DNA from: Lama glama
Lineage: Eukaryota
Direction of reading: 5' to 3'
Assembly: GCA_028534125.1 (NCBI GenBank)
Contig: CM052832.1
Coordinates: 6,450,001-6,514,000, forward strand
Length of the DNA stretch: 64,000 nt
In this document: positions 26,066-37,992 of the stretch, in pieces
How positions within the stretch are numbered: position 1 is the stretch's first letter
Layout: each line of letters opens with the position of its first letter
Program-made: the position numbers and the translations under genes
The notes under the pieces: model-generated
Seen by the model: the letters and a program-made list of their open reading frames with translations, nothing else
The model's database searches: none
What the model was told of the DNA's origin: nothing

Positions 26066-27023
26066 GTAAAGTTTCACAGGTTAAACAATTTTAGCCTCTA
26101 GGGATCAAGGACTGAATACATGTTTTTGTCCCCAAAGAGGGATAGCAGATTTTGGAGTGTCAGGCTGGCCCCTGTCCTGGAGGAGTTGGTGTGCCTCAAG
26201 AATTAGCTGCGATCTGTTACTGATTATCAAGCTATTATCTATTGATCAGTCCTAGCCCTGTCTTTTCCTGCTTCCGGCTCTTGGAGGCCAGCTTTACCAT
26301 GGAGGAGAGAGCATGTTGCATTTTTGGCTGTGTATGTACACTCTCAAAACAGTCCACTGTGTTAGTTCAGGTCCTCTGAGAAATAGACATCATGATTGGA
26401 TTAGCCGTGAAAGCCGCTGATTGAGAGAAAGGCCTGTGAAGGGTGGAAGGGAAGGAGCAGAGAAGATGGGAAAAGACTTCAGACCGTGATGCGGCCGGAC
26501 ACCTGGGAAGGAGATGGAAAACAGAGAAGGGCTGGGTGTGAAGAGCCTCAGACGGCAACATGTTCTAAGAAAGACTAGGCCAGGCTGACGGAGGGAGTGC
26601 TCGACCCAGAGCTGCCCATCAAAGGAGTCCTGCGTCTCACAGGAAAGGGTCTGTGTTAAACCCACACCGTGTCCAGTCACTGGGACCAGCCCATCCGGAA
26701 GCATAGCTTTCACTCGAACATGGTGGTGGACCCGCAGGGGCAGGAGCTGGCTGGGGTCTTTGTCAGCTCTGGTCTCTGTGCTGTGATGTCTGAGGGGCCC
26801 GCTCTTGCGGCCATCACACCCTGTCCACTCTCTCCCTGCAGCTTCTCAACTGCCCCCACCCCACCGTCTTCCACCTCAGAGGATCGTAAGACTTTCAGAA
26901 CAGAAATGGTGGCTTTTAGCTGGAAGGAAGTCGGGGAGCATCTGCAAAAAGAAATCATCTCCAGGTCTTCAGCTGTGGTCCAGCTGGTTACCTGATTTTT
27001 ACCAGATCAGCGCTTGGCATCTT

Positions 27024-27221
27024 AGGGGCTGAGGGCCAAAGCCAGCCTGCTGCCTGTTTCTGTAAACAAGGTTTTATTGGAACAGAGCCACACTGACTCA
27101 TTTTCCACATTGTCTCTGCTACTTTTCAGCTGAGCTGAGTAGTTCTGACAAATAACGTATGGACGGTGGAGCTGGAAGTAATTACTCTCTGGCCTTTTAT
27201 AGAAACGCTTCGCTGATCCCA
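27024..27221. mobile_element. MER58A DNA transposon
   Basis: 'gcctgtttctgtaaacaaggttttattggaacagagccac' ... 'tactctctggccttttatagaaacgcttcgctgatccc'. Confidence 0.8.
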
Positions 27222-27882
27222 GTACCAGGCTCTTTTCCCTTCCTGAGCTGGTCCTGCATCATCCAGGGTAGATGACGTAGTTCCCACCTGCCTCCTTTTA
27301 TTCTCTGTGGGCATTTCCTATTGAACACATGATGGGAGAAGAGACTGAGCAGAATGGAGACGTGGAGGGGTTATAAACATAGTTGCTTATCAGCACATGA
27401 CTGTTAACTGTCTCACCCTGTCCCGTCACTTACATAACGGCTAACGTGTGTTTAGTATTTACCTTATTTTAGAAATGGGTATAAGCACCGAAAATGTGTC
27501 AACTTACTTCTTCCTTACAGTAATCACCCCAGGGACCATTCTATTATAGCGTCACCCTTCTGCAGATAAAGAACCGAGGCAGAGGAAAGCTAAGTGGCTT
27601 ATCCAAGGCAGACAACTGATACGTCAGGCACCCAGGATCCAAACACCTGCAGTGGTCAGAGTGCAGGTCCTGTTCTTAAGCATCACACAGAACTGCCTTC
27701 CTGCAGTCTACCTTATCTTATCCAAACCTCGCAACTATTCTAAAAGAAAGGCCTTATGATCCCCATTTTACAGGTGAGGACAGAAATTGAGTAATGTAAT
27801 CACCTCAAGTCACTTTGCTGGCAAGTGGCAGAGCCAAGATTAAAATCCAGAACTCTCAAAGGCAATATTTATAACCACTGCA

Positions 27883-28093
27883 CTGGAGTTTCTCAACCTT
27901 GGTACCACTGACATCTTGGACTGGATAACTTCACGTTGTGGGAGGCAGTCCTGTGCACTGTAGGGTGCTTAGCAGCATCCCCCTACCCACCAGATGCTAG
28001 TAGCACCCTCCCCAACTCATGATCATGAAAATACCTCCAGACGTGGTCAAATCCCCACCGAGGGGTAATGTCAGCCCTCTTTGGGAACCACAG
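27883..28093. mobile_element. MER20 DNA transposon
   Basis: 'gtttctcaaccttggtaccactgacatcttggactggataac...gtcctgtgcactgtagggtgcttagcagcatccc...gggaaccacag'. Confidence 0.85.
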
Positions 28094-28205
28094 CTCTCTG
28101 CTTTGCCCCAGGGCACCACCTCAGGGGTGTAACAGCCTCAATCCTCCCAGGTCTATTAGTGGACCTCGACTGACAGATGATTGCTTTCCTCTTTTTGTTT
28201 TGAAG

Positions 28206-28274
28206 GACTATTTATTCTGCTGTTGGCATTGACCTGGCATCCTACGGGTTTATAGTCGCTGCTGTAGAACACAG
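28206..28274 (+). CDS. PLA2G7: PLA2G7 coding exon 5: (R)TIYSAVGIDLASYGFIVAAVEH(R)
   Basis: Canonical AG/GT; 69 nt. Confidence 0.97.
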
Positions 28275-28822
28275 GTATGTCTTCTGCTATGTGGCTGAGT
28301 CCTGCTTTTCATAGAAGTTTGTGGAAAATGTTGGTAGGATTGTCAACGATGGTTACATGATGAGAAAAAAAAGGAGACTGAGTTAGGTTGTTAAGTATTT
28401 AAAAAAACAGCTAACGTTCCTGGAGTGTTTACTGAGTGCCGTCTGTTCATACACCATCTCTTCTCATCTTCATCACAACCCTTGAAGATGGTCACCATTA
28501 TCATTGTTTCAAGGAGGCAGAAAATGAGGCTAAGGAAGGGCAAGTAACTTGCACGAAGCCACACAGAGAGTAAATGGCAGTGCTGGGATTTGATTCCAGG
28601 AGTGGGATTTCAACACCACAGCCTCCCAGTATTGTGAGGATGGAGTGGATTGTTACAGGTGACAATGTCTTTTCTTAGAACTCCCTTGGGCCTCTTTGAT
28701 TAAAAAAAATGTGGACTAGAAGAAGAAAGGGAAGTCAGAAAGATTCAAGGATGGGGACAAGGAACACGGGTGAGATGGAGAGAAAGAGCAAGTATAAGTG
28801 ACGGATTCTGTTTGCATCGTAG

Positions 28823-28949
28823 AGACGAATCTGCATCTGCGACTTACTACTTCAGGGACCAAACTGCTGCAGAAACAGGGAACAAGACTTGGCTCTATAT
28901 CAGAACCCTAAAACAAGGGGACGAGGAGTTTCCTCTACGAAATGAGCAG
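28823..28949 (+). CDS. PLA2G7: PLA2G7 coding exon 6: DESASATYYFRDQTAAETGNKTWLYIRTLKQGDEEFPLRNEQ
   Basis: Canonical AG/GT; 127 nt; also visible in the ORF track. Confidence 0.97.
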
Positions 28950-29795
28950 GTGGGTTGCAGCAAGAGGAGAGGTGGCGCCATGCCACCTGCCTGCACCACG
29001 AGGCCACCTCTCCGCACCACGATGCCATTTGTTAATTCCATTTTACATATGGTGGACTGTGCCCCTAGGCCCCCTTACTTCCCGTGCCCAGGAGGTCTGT
29101 CAAGATTCTCAGAATAATAAAATCCCCTTAATGAAATATCTAGATCATAGTAAAAACAAAGACCAACATCAAAATCCTAGAAGATGACAGTGAATATTCA
29201 GAATTCTTTTGCATTAGAACTAAAGACTTCTTTTCAAAGAGGTGGTATGAAATAGTATTAAGAATCCAGGCCTTAGAATCCAGCTCTACATTTGAATTCT
29301 GGTGCCAACACTTTGCAGTGGGATAATCTTGGACAAATTACTTACTCTTTTTCTTTTGCTTCCATGTTTCATTTGTTACAAAATAATAATAACAGTATCT
29401 TTCTCCCAGGGCTTCAAGGAAGATTAAATGAAATAAAGCACATTGTTTTCCACCTCTGTGCTGAGTTACATAGTGGGTGCTTTTGACATAGGTTATTGCA
29501 TTTAATGATACCCACATTTCACTGAGGTAGGCATTATTATACAATGAATGGAAGCTCAGAGAGCTTAAGTAGATCATCAGAGGTCACACAGTGGGTAGGC
29601 AACAGAGCCAGGATTTGGACTAAGCTCTAACTACTTGCAAAGCTGGTGCCCAGGTCATTATGCTAGGTTGGGTTCTAATCACTGATCGCAAAGTCCTTTC
29701 CCAAACATTTTCCCCATCTGCAACCTCTTAACACAAACTCAAGTAAGTGTTACAACTTTTTACTGTGTCATTTCCTCTTTGAATCATCACATTAG

Positions 29796-29909
29796 GTGCG
29801 GCAAAGAGCAAAGGAGTGTTCTCAAGCTCTCGATTGGATTCTGGACCTTGATCAGGGAAAGCCAGCGAAGAATGTGTTAGATTTAGAGTTTGGTGTGAAA
29901 CAGCTGAAG
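29796..29909 (+). CDS. PLA2G7: PLA2G7 coding exon 7: VRQRAKECSQALDWILDLDQGKPAKNVLDLEFGVKQLK
   Basis: Canonical AG/GT; 114 nt. Confidence 0.97.
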
Positions 29910-31001
29910 GTGAGTTTTAAAAAAAAGCCATTTTCCCCCGGCCTGTACTTCTTAATTGTTCTTTATTGTCTGTTTCACTGCTATAATACAAGGTACAACA
30001 TTCTAAAGGGCTGCAAAAAATTAAAAAAAATTTTTTTAAAGTACCAGAATGTGTTCGAGCAGTGAGGCATGCATTAGGTTGAACTACATAAGAAATTGCC
30101 GACAGCCAGCTTTGACCTACAAAAATGGCCTTTTTCATATGGTTCAACTTAACATCGCTGGTGGAAGTATTGTGCTTTCTTGGGTGGCTCCTGCATGTTT
30201 TTGAGCTTGATCTTGAAACACTGGTCCAAAGTTTTGGACAGAATGTTGGGAGGAGGGTGGAAGGGTATCAGAACCGACAGCATGAAAAAAGACTCAAAAG
30301 TGTGTGTGGAGGATGGGGTACAGGGGAGAGGAAGAACTAAGGTGATGGTCTGTTCTCCAGACTCACGGAAGCAGTTGCACCCCTCAACTAGCCACTCTCC
30401 TGTGTCTATGCCTTTGTACGTGTGGTCCCCTTGACCTGACACCCCGTTCCCGTGACTCAGTCCTGCTTAATCTGGCATCACCTCCTCCATGAAGCTTTTT
30501 GGGGCCCGCTACCCATCCTAGACTGGGCTCGCTGTCATGTGTGCTTCTTGGCACCAGTGCCTCCATCTGCATCATGTGTCTGAACGTCCTTCTTCCCTAA
30601 TAGACTGTGAGCTCATGGAAAATGAACTACAGGGCCTGGCACAGAGCAGCCGCTCAATAAATAAATCAGGGGATGAACAAATTAATACATGTGGAGTAGG
30701 GAAGAGGGAGAAATCAGCAGGGATGTCGATGCTTCAAGGGTGGGTGATGAGGAAGACCACCAAGTTCACTTCTGAACTGTTATGAACATCTGTGTGTGTG
30801 TGCACATATATGTTTGTATACATTTGTATGTGTGTATATTTAAATGTGTGTATGTGTACATGTGAGTGTATACATTTCTAAAGAAAATCAAAGTACTTAA
30901 CCATGCTGTGAAATAATAATTTTATGATTCATAAAATCATTGCCAGTTCTTTGAACAACCTGTAAGATAGTGATGAATTTACATCGTGTTTTTTCACATA
31001 G

Positions 31002-31093
31002 GACACTATCGATAAGGATAAAATAGCAGTTATGGGACATTCTTTTGGTGGAGCCACGGTTGTTCAAACTCTGAGTGAAGACCAGAGATTCAG
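31002..31093 (+). CDS. PLA2G7: PLA2G7 coding exon 8: DTIDKDKIAVMGHSFGGATVVQTLSEDQRF(R), containing the catalytic Ser
   Basis: GXSXG lipase motif GHSFG at 31035-31049; 92 nt; canonical splice sites. Confidence 0.98.
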
Positions 31094-32302
31094 GTAAGAG
31101 AATGAGGCTGAGCAAGAGGACTCTGAGTTATCAGAAGTGGCGGCGGTGGTGGTGGGGTGATCACACACGTGAGAGAGAATTTATCACATTCTTAGTGAGG
31201 GAGAGGTCTTTTGGAGTTTACACGTCTGTTCTTTTGCCTCCATAAAGTCCTCTATATGAATTGTCCTAAACAGAAACCATCTGCTCTTGCTACTGAGAAC
31301 TCTTCCCATCCCTATCTGTTTCTTCTCCTTATTTTTTAACCTGCCTACGGGCTTAACATTTTCATTTGGAAGTTTATGTCTACATATATATTTTATCTGT
31401 GATATGATTGTAAAACAAGATTGTCGTCTTATACTATTTCTTGACTTTCCAGATAGCCAGGGAATTGTTAAGTAATTTTTTTTTTCATTTTTAAGATGGA
31501 GCCTGGGCTAAAATTACATAGTTATTTGGGTGGAAGTCGGGACCCTAGTCTTCTAAGTTGAAGAAAAATTTTCTTTCTTGAACCACTTCCTCCCAGACTG
31601 ATGAGGTCAAGTCGAGCCAACCACATAGAATGTGGGTGGGATCATTCGTGAAACTTCATCTCACGTTTCTTAAAATCTGTTTCAGTATAAGAGGATTTTC
31701 TTCTTTCATTCTTTTAGCACATAGAATGGAGTATCTGAAAGGCCAAGAAACATAGGATAAATTGCTTTTAAAAAGAAAGTTGGTTACATTGTCAAAGGAT
31801 CTGCTCCATATGCTTTTCTACAACCCCCAGACACTCTTCCAGGTGAAACACCTCTAAACATAAAGAAATGGGTCCAATTATTACTCTGAAAAAGGTGTAA
31901 TGAACACACGACAGTGGCCAGAAGGACTAGAAACACAGGGGCAATAGTGCATGTACTGTATTTTTTCCGAAGCCCCACAATTTTGAAGAATTAATTATTT
32001 AAATATTTACCTTGAAAGATAAAAAATGAATAATAAAGATTTATAAATATTATGTTTTTCCAAAGGTTGCAATTCTTAAATGCCTCCTAAAGAAAATGAC
32101 TATATAATTCCAAGTTTGCTACCTTATAAAGCTAATCACATCCCCTTCCCACACTGAAGTATGATACCTCTGCAGTGCCATGAGATAACCCATAATGAAC
32201 TGCTGTGGTGTGTGTCTATGAATCGCAGCATTATTAGAAATTCCTGTATGCGGGCCAGAGTGTAACCAGCCTTCTTTGATCACTGTCGACCAACATCTGC
32301 AG

Positions 32303-32473
32303 GTGTGGTATTGCCCTGGATGCCTGGATGCTTCCAGTGGGTGAGGAAGTTTGTTCCAGGATTCCTCAGCCCCTCTTTTTTATCAACTCGGAACGGTTCC
32401 AATATCCTTCTAATATCAAAAAAATGAAAAAATGCTACTTGCCTGATAGAGAAAGAAAAATGATTACAATCAG
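32303..32473 (+). CDS. PLA2G7: PLA2G7 coding exon 9: CGIALDAWMLPVGEEVCSRIPQPLFFINSERFQYPSNIKKMKKCYLPDRERKMITI(R), containing the catalytic Asp
   Basis: LDAW motif (Asp codon 32319-32321); 171 nt; canonical splice sites. Confidence 0.98.
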
Positions 32474-32634
32474 GTAAGTATTATTAGTAAGTGACATTGC
32501 ATCATCTGAAACAGAAACTTGGTTAAATGATCAACAGATATCATTTGGTAAATTACAGAATTCTTCAATTTGTTATTTAGGCTTTGAATAAGGGAGAGTA
32601 TTAGATAATCTCAGTTTCCAAGTGCGTTTGCAGT

Positions 32635-33010
32635 TTTTAAAAAAATTGAACTATAGTCAATTTACAATGTTGTGTTAATTTCTGGTGTACAGCATAGTGA
32701 TTCATTTGTATATATGTATTTCTTTTCTTTTTTTTATTATAGGCCATTACAAGGTATTGAATATAGTTCCCTGTGCTATAAAGTAGGACCTTGCTGTTTA
32801 TCTATTTTATACATAGCAGGTAGTATCTACAAATCCTGAACTCCCAATTTATCCCTCCCCACCTCTTTTCCCCCGATAACCGTATTTGTTTTCTGTGTCT
32901 GTGAGTCTGTCTCTGTTTTGTAAATAAGTTTATTTTTGTCCTTTTTTTTTAAGATTCCACAAGGAAGTCATATCATATGATATTTTTCTTTCTCTTTCTT
33001 AGACTGACTT
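32635..33010 (-). mobile_element. L1 3' end fragment
   Basis: 'ttgaactatagtcaatttacaatgttgtg', 'atagttccctgtgctata', 'agattccacaagg'; no TSD seen. Confidence 0.85.
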
Positions 33011-34425
33011 AATGATGGAATACTTCCCTCTACCCTAGTCCTAAAAACATGTAGGCTCGCTTTTATATTTAGATAAAAGTAGGGTGTATACTGATGCAAA
33101 TTTTAATTACCAGCAATACAGCACATATATTAACACTACTCAAAAGGTTTCATTTTAAAAAGAGTAACTTTTTAAAGTAGATGGACCTGGCGATTGCCAT
33201 ATGAAGCTCTCTCGTGACCCTGCTTCTGGATATCTTCTTTATGCTGTGACTCTCGAGTTTGGATGGGAACATGGGGAAGAGTGAACGGGAGTCGGGGACT
33301 CTGTTTTGAGTAGAGAGAACTAAAAGAATGGTGCTTTGCTTATAAGCAGCAGCGAAGTGAGAAGGAAGACATGTACTGGGTGGGGCTGGAGAGCTGTGTT
33401 TTCACCTTGGAATTTCTGGGTAGAGATGTCTGGCCACAAACTGGAAAAGTATAGAATTTGTGCATTACCAATGAAACCTTTGGAGGAGATGAGATCGCAG
33501 AGTGAGAAGAGAATTGGTCTAAGAATAGAAATCTCGAGGATGTGAAGAGCAGAGTAGTTGGGGAAGGACGGGGAGGTGGGATGGCAAGGAAACAGAAGAA
33601 AAAATGCGAGAGAACCAAATGCCCCAGGGGTTGTAGAAAATGAACACTTAATAATGGCCATTCTATTTGATGCTAGTCTATTGGTGAATTTAAAGTTCAG
33701 CAATAAGGGATATTTATAAGGTGCTTAATGGTTTATTTTATTTTTTAAAAACAATCTAATGCATTTGAAATTATACCAAGAATGATATATTCTATAGAAA
33801 AGCAACTGGAATCACTGTATACAAAACATGAACTAAAGGTTGGCATACCACAGGTGAACAATATGGGTTTAATAATAACAGTAATTATAATCATTAATAT
33901 TTATTGCATGTTTCCTATGAGTCAGACCTTATGCTACAATTTTGTAAGCTGGTGCTTACAGTTTAAGTAATACAAGGCAAAGTTTTGTTTGTCTGTTTTT
34001 TGATGTATTTAATCCAAGGCTTAAATGCAAAGTGTTTTGGCTAACAGCACATAGATATAAGTTAAGTGTGATGGAAAGGAAGCAGAATTCTGGCTGAGTT
34101 TATAGCCCCTTCAACACAAAACACATTCCATCTTCTCAAATTGGAAGTAATCTAGTCCTCTAAAAAGCTGGCATCGTCTCTTCTAAAACTAAGACGCCGA
34201 GTAAGACAGGAATCTTTGCATTATTTATTTAGAGGGGAAGATGAATATATACTGTAGGACCCCTCAATGAACAGCCTGTGACCCGCAAGTACATCTCAGG
34301 AGAACAGTTCTATAAGCTTTGTTTCCTTGGTTTTTGGGAAATAGGCCAACCAGGCCAGCATCTGCACCCTAACTACAGAAATAACTCTGTCAAAGTGATT
34401 TGCAAATGTCTCCTTTCTCTTTCAG

Positions 34426-34574
34426 GGGTTCAGTCCATCAGAATTTTGCTGACTTCACTTTTGCCACGGGCAAAATCATTGGATGCATGTTCACACTAAA
34501 AGGAGACATAGATTCAAATGTAGCTATTGGTCTCAGCAACAAAGCTTCGTTAGCATTCTTGCAAAAGCACTTAG
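34426..34574 (+). CDS. PLA2G7: PLA2G7 coding exon 10: GSVHQNFADFTFATGKIIGCMFTLKGDIDSNVAIGLSNKASLAFLQKHL(G), containing the catalytic His
   Basis: GSVHQ motif (His codon 34436-34438); 149 nt; canonical splice sites. Confidence 0.98.
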
Positions 34575-35024
34575 GTAAGAAACTCATATTCTTTAGGTAA
34601 GAACTAGTATTCATAAACCAGATGATGCTGAGGACAAAACTGTCTGTCTTAACTCAGCATTAGTCCCATTTTAACTGTTTCCAGTTGGTTTACAACTGAA
34701 CGTAGCAGTACATCAGTTTGAAAACAAAAACTTGAGACATTTAATTTTGCTTACTCTACATCATAGGCAGCAAGCCTGTGTGCTAAAGCTGATCGTCTCC
34801 CTGTGGAGACTGGGGTGGACTTCCATGCTGACGTTAAACACAGCACAGTGTCCCAGTCCCATCTCTCATTCAGATGTGGCTGCCACCTGGCAGCTCAAGG
34901 CACACCTCGTCCCGAGTCAGGAAGCAGTCTGTGTAATTTGTGAGGCGAGGGTGCCACCTAGAGGCACTCAGCTGTTTAACGCTCTCGAAAGCTTACTATG
35001 TTTATTAACATTTATATTTTACAG

Positions 35025-35155
35025 GACTTCAGAAAGATTTTAATCAGTGGGATTCTTTCATTGAAGGGGAAGATGCTAATCTTATTCCTGGGACCAACAT
35101 TGACACAACCAACCAACATGCCACTCTGCAGAACTCTACAGGAACAGAGAAATAG
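35025..35155 (+). CDS. PLA2G7: PLA2G7 last coding exon: (G)LQKDFNQWDSFIEGEDANLIPGTNIDTTNQHATLQNSTGTEK*; total CDS 1323 nt, 440 aa
   Basis: tttacag| acceptor; TAG at 35153-35155; summed exon lengths stay in frame. Confidence 0.96.
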
Positions 35156-35283
35156 GATTTAGATTAAAAGAGCTTTTAAAAAGTCTGATTTAAAAACTGT
35201 CTAAAAGAGCGTGTGTGTGTGTGATTATAATGTATTTTCTCAAATAACTCGTATTTCAAAATGTAGGTTATACCACAATAGTG

Positions 35284-35289
35284 ATTAAA
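35284..35289 (+). terminator. PLA2G7: Candidate PLA2G7 polyadenylation signal ATTAAA
   Basis: ATTAAA ~130 nt after the stop, followed by a T-rich stretch at ~35303; another ATTAAA lies near 35440. Confidence 0.5.
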
Positions 35290-36869
35290 GCTTGGATTGA
35301 GATTTTTTTCTCCTTTAAATGTAAAGAAAGGTTACATATAAAAATCATACCAGCCTAAATTCTAATTTTACTAAAATGATCCTTTTTTGGTGTCAAAATC
35401 AACAACTGATTTTACGAGACTTTAATGAGCAAGTATATTATTAAAACAGGCACAATGCCACCGAAGATGTGTTACAGTGACCTAACACTCCCTAAAAAAA
35501 TACTAAAAATAGATTTTCTTGCCTCTTTTTTCTACGGTGAGTAGAATTGAGTTTTAGCAACACGGTGTGCTAGGTAGGTTTACCAGCACTTCCCTTTGAC
35601 CTTTGGTCGTGGTGAGAAAAATTAGACCAAGCGGGTAATAAAGCCATTGCTCTCCTGTGGGACTGGGGGTCCTGTACCATGTCTGCATGGGGAGTGACAG
35701 ATGAGAATATTGGTGATAAGGCAAAGGCAGCAGGTGAAAGCAAGTTGGCATTTTTTTTCTTTTGCATTTTCTTTAGTGGCTTTTCTCTGATGCACTGTTT
35801 ACTAAAGAGAGGTGTGTACACAGGACCAGGATTCCAGCCACCACATGTTACTGACTCACTCAGAGCTGCGGAGGATAAGCAGCTTTCAGACATAATTTTA
35901 ACTGCTTCATTTCCCATTCGTTTTATTTCATGGATGATTTTAATTTTATGTGTAGTCGTGCGGGTAGGGGAACACAGTAAGCAGACGTAAAAAGGTAGCT
36001 TAATGATTTCTGTACTTAGGCATCTGAGAGTCGTGGAAAATATGTTGTTTCCCCAGGGGTATAAAAATGTATGCCACTCATCAGTTAAGTATTCTGGTCT
36101 AAGTGTGGTCTTGTTCCTATGAATTCTCCACAGTTAAAGTTTAATGGCAGCCTGTGTGAACGAGGATAATTAGTACTTAGAAGCAAGCCTGGTTGACTCT
36201 TAACTATTCCATCCCTACCCCTTTTGCCCTGTTTACAAGTAATTGTGTTTCCTGGTGTGGCACTCAGACCTATCTTAAAGTTTTAATGTGCAAAATCACT
36301 CATTTTGAGAAATGTGATTTCTCCTAGCCTATAGCTGTTCAGATAAAAAAAATTTTAATAGGGAGTTCAACCCCCTAGCATGAAATGGAAGGCTTTCCAT
36401 AAACTGGTCCTAATGCATCTTCTCTGACCTTTTCTCCCAGTAATGAACTCACATCGATAGCTCCAACATGAATGAGCCAAACTTGTCTGGGCATTATCCC
36501 AGGAACAAGTAACGTACTCATCTAACCTCAGTGATGCTTAATGCAAAACCGTCTCCTTTTTACTAACTGAAATGATACCCAATTAAGGGTCTTAATTCTC
36601 ACTCTTCCCATCAGGGTTCAGGGGCTTACATGTACATCTTTTCCCCGCTCTCCCGTAGCAAATCTCCTTACTCATTTGAGAAATGGATAAATGTTCCAAT
36701 TGTACTGGTGTCCCGTTCAACAGCACCTCTTTAAAATCCTTGGTTGGTGGCACAGGCTGATGCTAAAAGGAGAAAATACCTGCTGACAGGATCCAATGAC
36801 TTAAGGTTTAAAAAAATATGTAACCTAGAATCGTGCATACTGAGTATCTTTCAAGGAAAAGAAGAAACT

Positions 36870-37300
36870 ATTTATCGAATGCCTACTCTTTTTCAGGCAC
36901 TTTACATAAATGACTTCTAATCTTAAAAACACTGCAAGAAAAGTTTTATTATCCCCATTTTACAGATGAGGAATGTCAAGGCTCAATGACGTTATAATAA
37001 CCTGCCTGGGTCACATGTCAAGTAAGATCAGTTTCCTAAAGCCAAGTCTATACTTTGCATACTGTCACCTACACAAAACTGTGTTTTAAAAGCATGGGTT
37101 TGGAAAGTTAGATGGGTCTAGGTTTGATTAAGTCTCTGAGATTAGCTGGCTCTTTGACCTGAGGCAGGTTATTTAATCTTCTCTAAGACGCTTCAATTTT
37201 CTTACCTATCAAATATGGATAATATTAATATGCACCTCAGAATCAAGGATTAAATGAGAAAATGCATTTAAAGTACCCGCTGAGTTACTAACGCATCAAC
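36870..37300. mobile_element. Pair of MIR fragments
   Basis: 'attatccccattttacagatgaggaa' and an oppositely oriented 'tttgacctgaggcaggttatttaatcttctctaag...aaatatggataat'. Confidence 0.7.
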
Positions 37301-37443
37301 GCTGACATTTACTGCTACGATGTCTCCCCCAGTTGGAGAACTGTGGTTCGTTCCATTACTACAGACAGTCTACAATCCACGGGTATTCCAGAATCCTGTT
37401 TCCTCTTCAATGAAATGAGACCGCTATCTCTTTAAAGATAAAC

Positions 37444-37449
37444 TTTATT
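37444..37449 (-). terminator. TDRD6: Candidate TDRD6 polyadenylation signal AATAAA
   Basis: tttatt on +, about 420 nt past the TDRD6 stop. Confidence 0.6.
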
Positions 37450-37866
37450 CAAATCTTGTGTCGTATTAGTACACTTCTAAATTCAAACAATATTAGTCAA
37501 AGCTAGACAGAAGGGCAAAGCTTCAGAAACTAAACAAAAATTCTGAATTACTGCTAAGAAAGCCATCCTCCCAAGCAGCATCACGTACTTGTCAGAAAAC
37601 CTCTAATTTTCTATTTTGAACACTAGACACTATATGCAAAAGAAACCAAAATAGTGTTTTTTTGAAATGTGAGTCATGTGTTAGTCAACTGTTTAGCAAA
37701 ATAAATCCTCCCAACTGATTAAAACAAGAACACATTTACAGGGAGAGGAAAGCATCCCAGCTCCGTATATACAGCAACAGCACTGGGGATGCACCGCGCA
37801 GGCGGCCCAAGACCTGCTTGGTTTTCAACGCGCATCAAAGTTTTCAAAAGTGACAGCTTCCCGTGA

Positions 37867-37992
37867 CTACACGCTCTGAATCGTCTCGCTCAGTTGGTCT
37901 GGGTGAGATGCCGCTTGCTGTACAAGCAGCTCCTGACTGGCCACATCCGTGGATCCACAGTTAAGTCTCTCCGTCACCTCCAGACCCCCTTT
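37867..37992 (-). CDS. TDRD6: TDRD6 coding exon 4: KGGLEVTERLNCGSTDVASQELLVQQAASHPDQLSETIQSV*
   Basis: Acceptor tttctcttcttgttgcag|AAA; the start resembles human KRGLEVME; first in-frame stop is TAG at 37869-37867. Confidence 0.8.
   Translation of the reverse strand, partial: KGGLEVTERLNCGSTDVASQELLVQQAASHPDQLSETIQSV

Noticed and set aside
18438..35155. PLA2G7 as a pseudogene
   Set aside because: All 11 coding exons have GT-AG sites, the frame is continuous and the Ser/Asp/His triad is intact; only the last ~4 codons appear lost.
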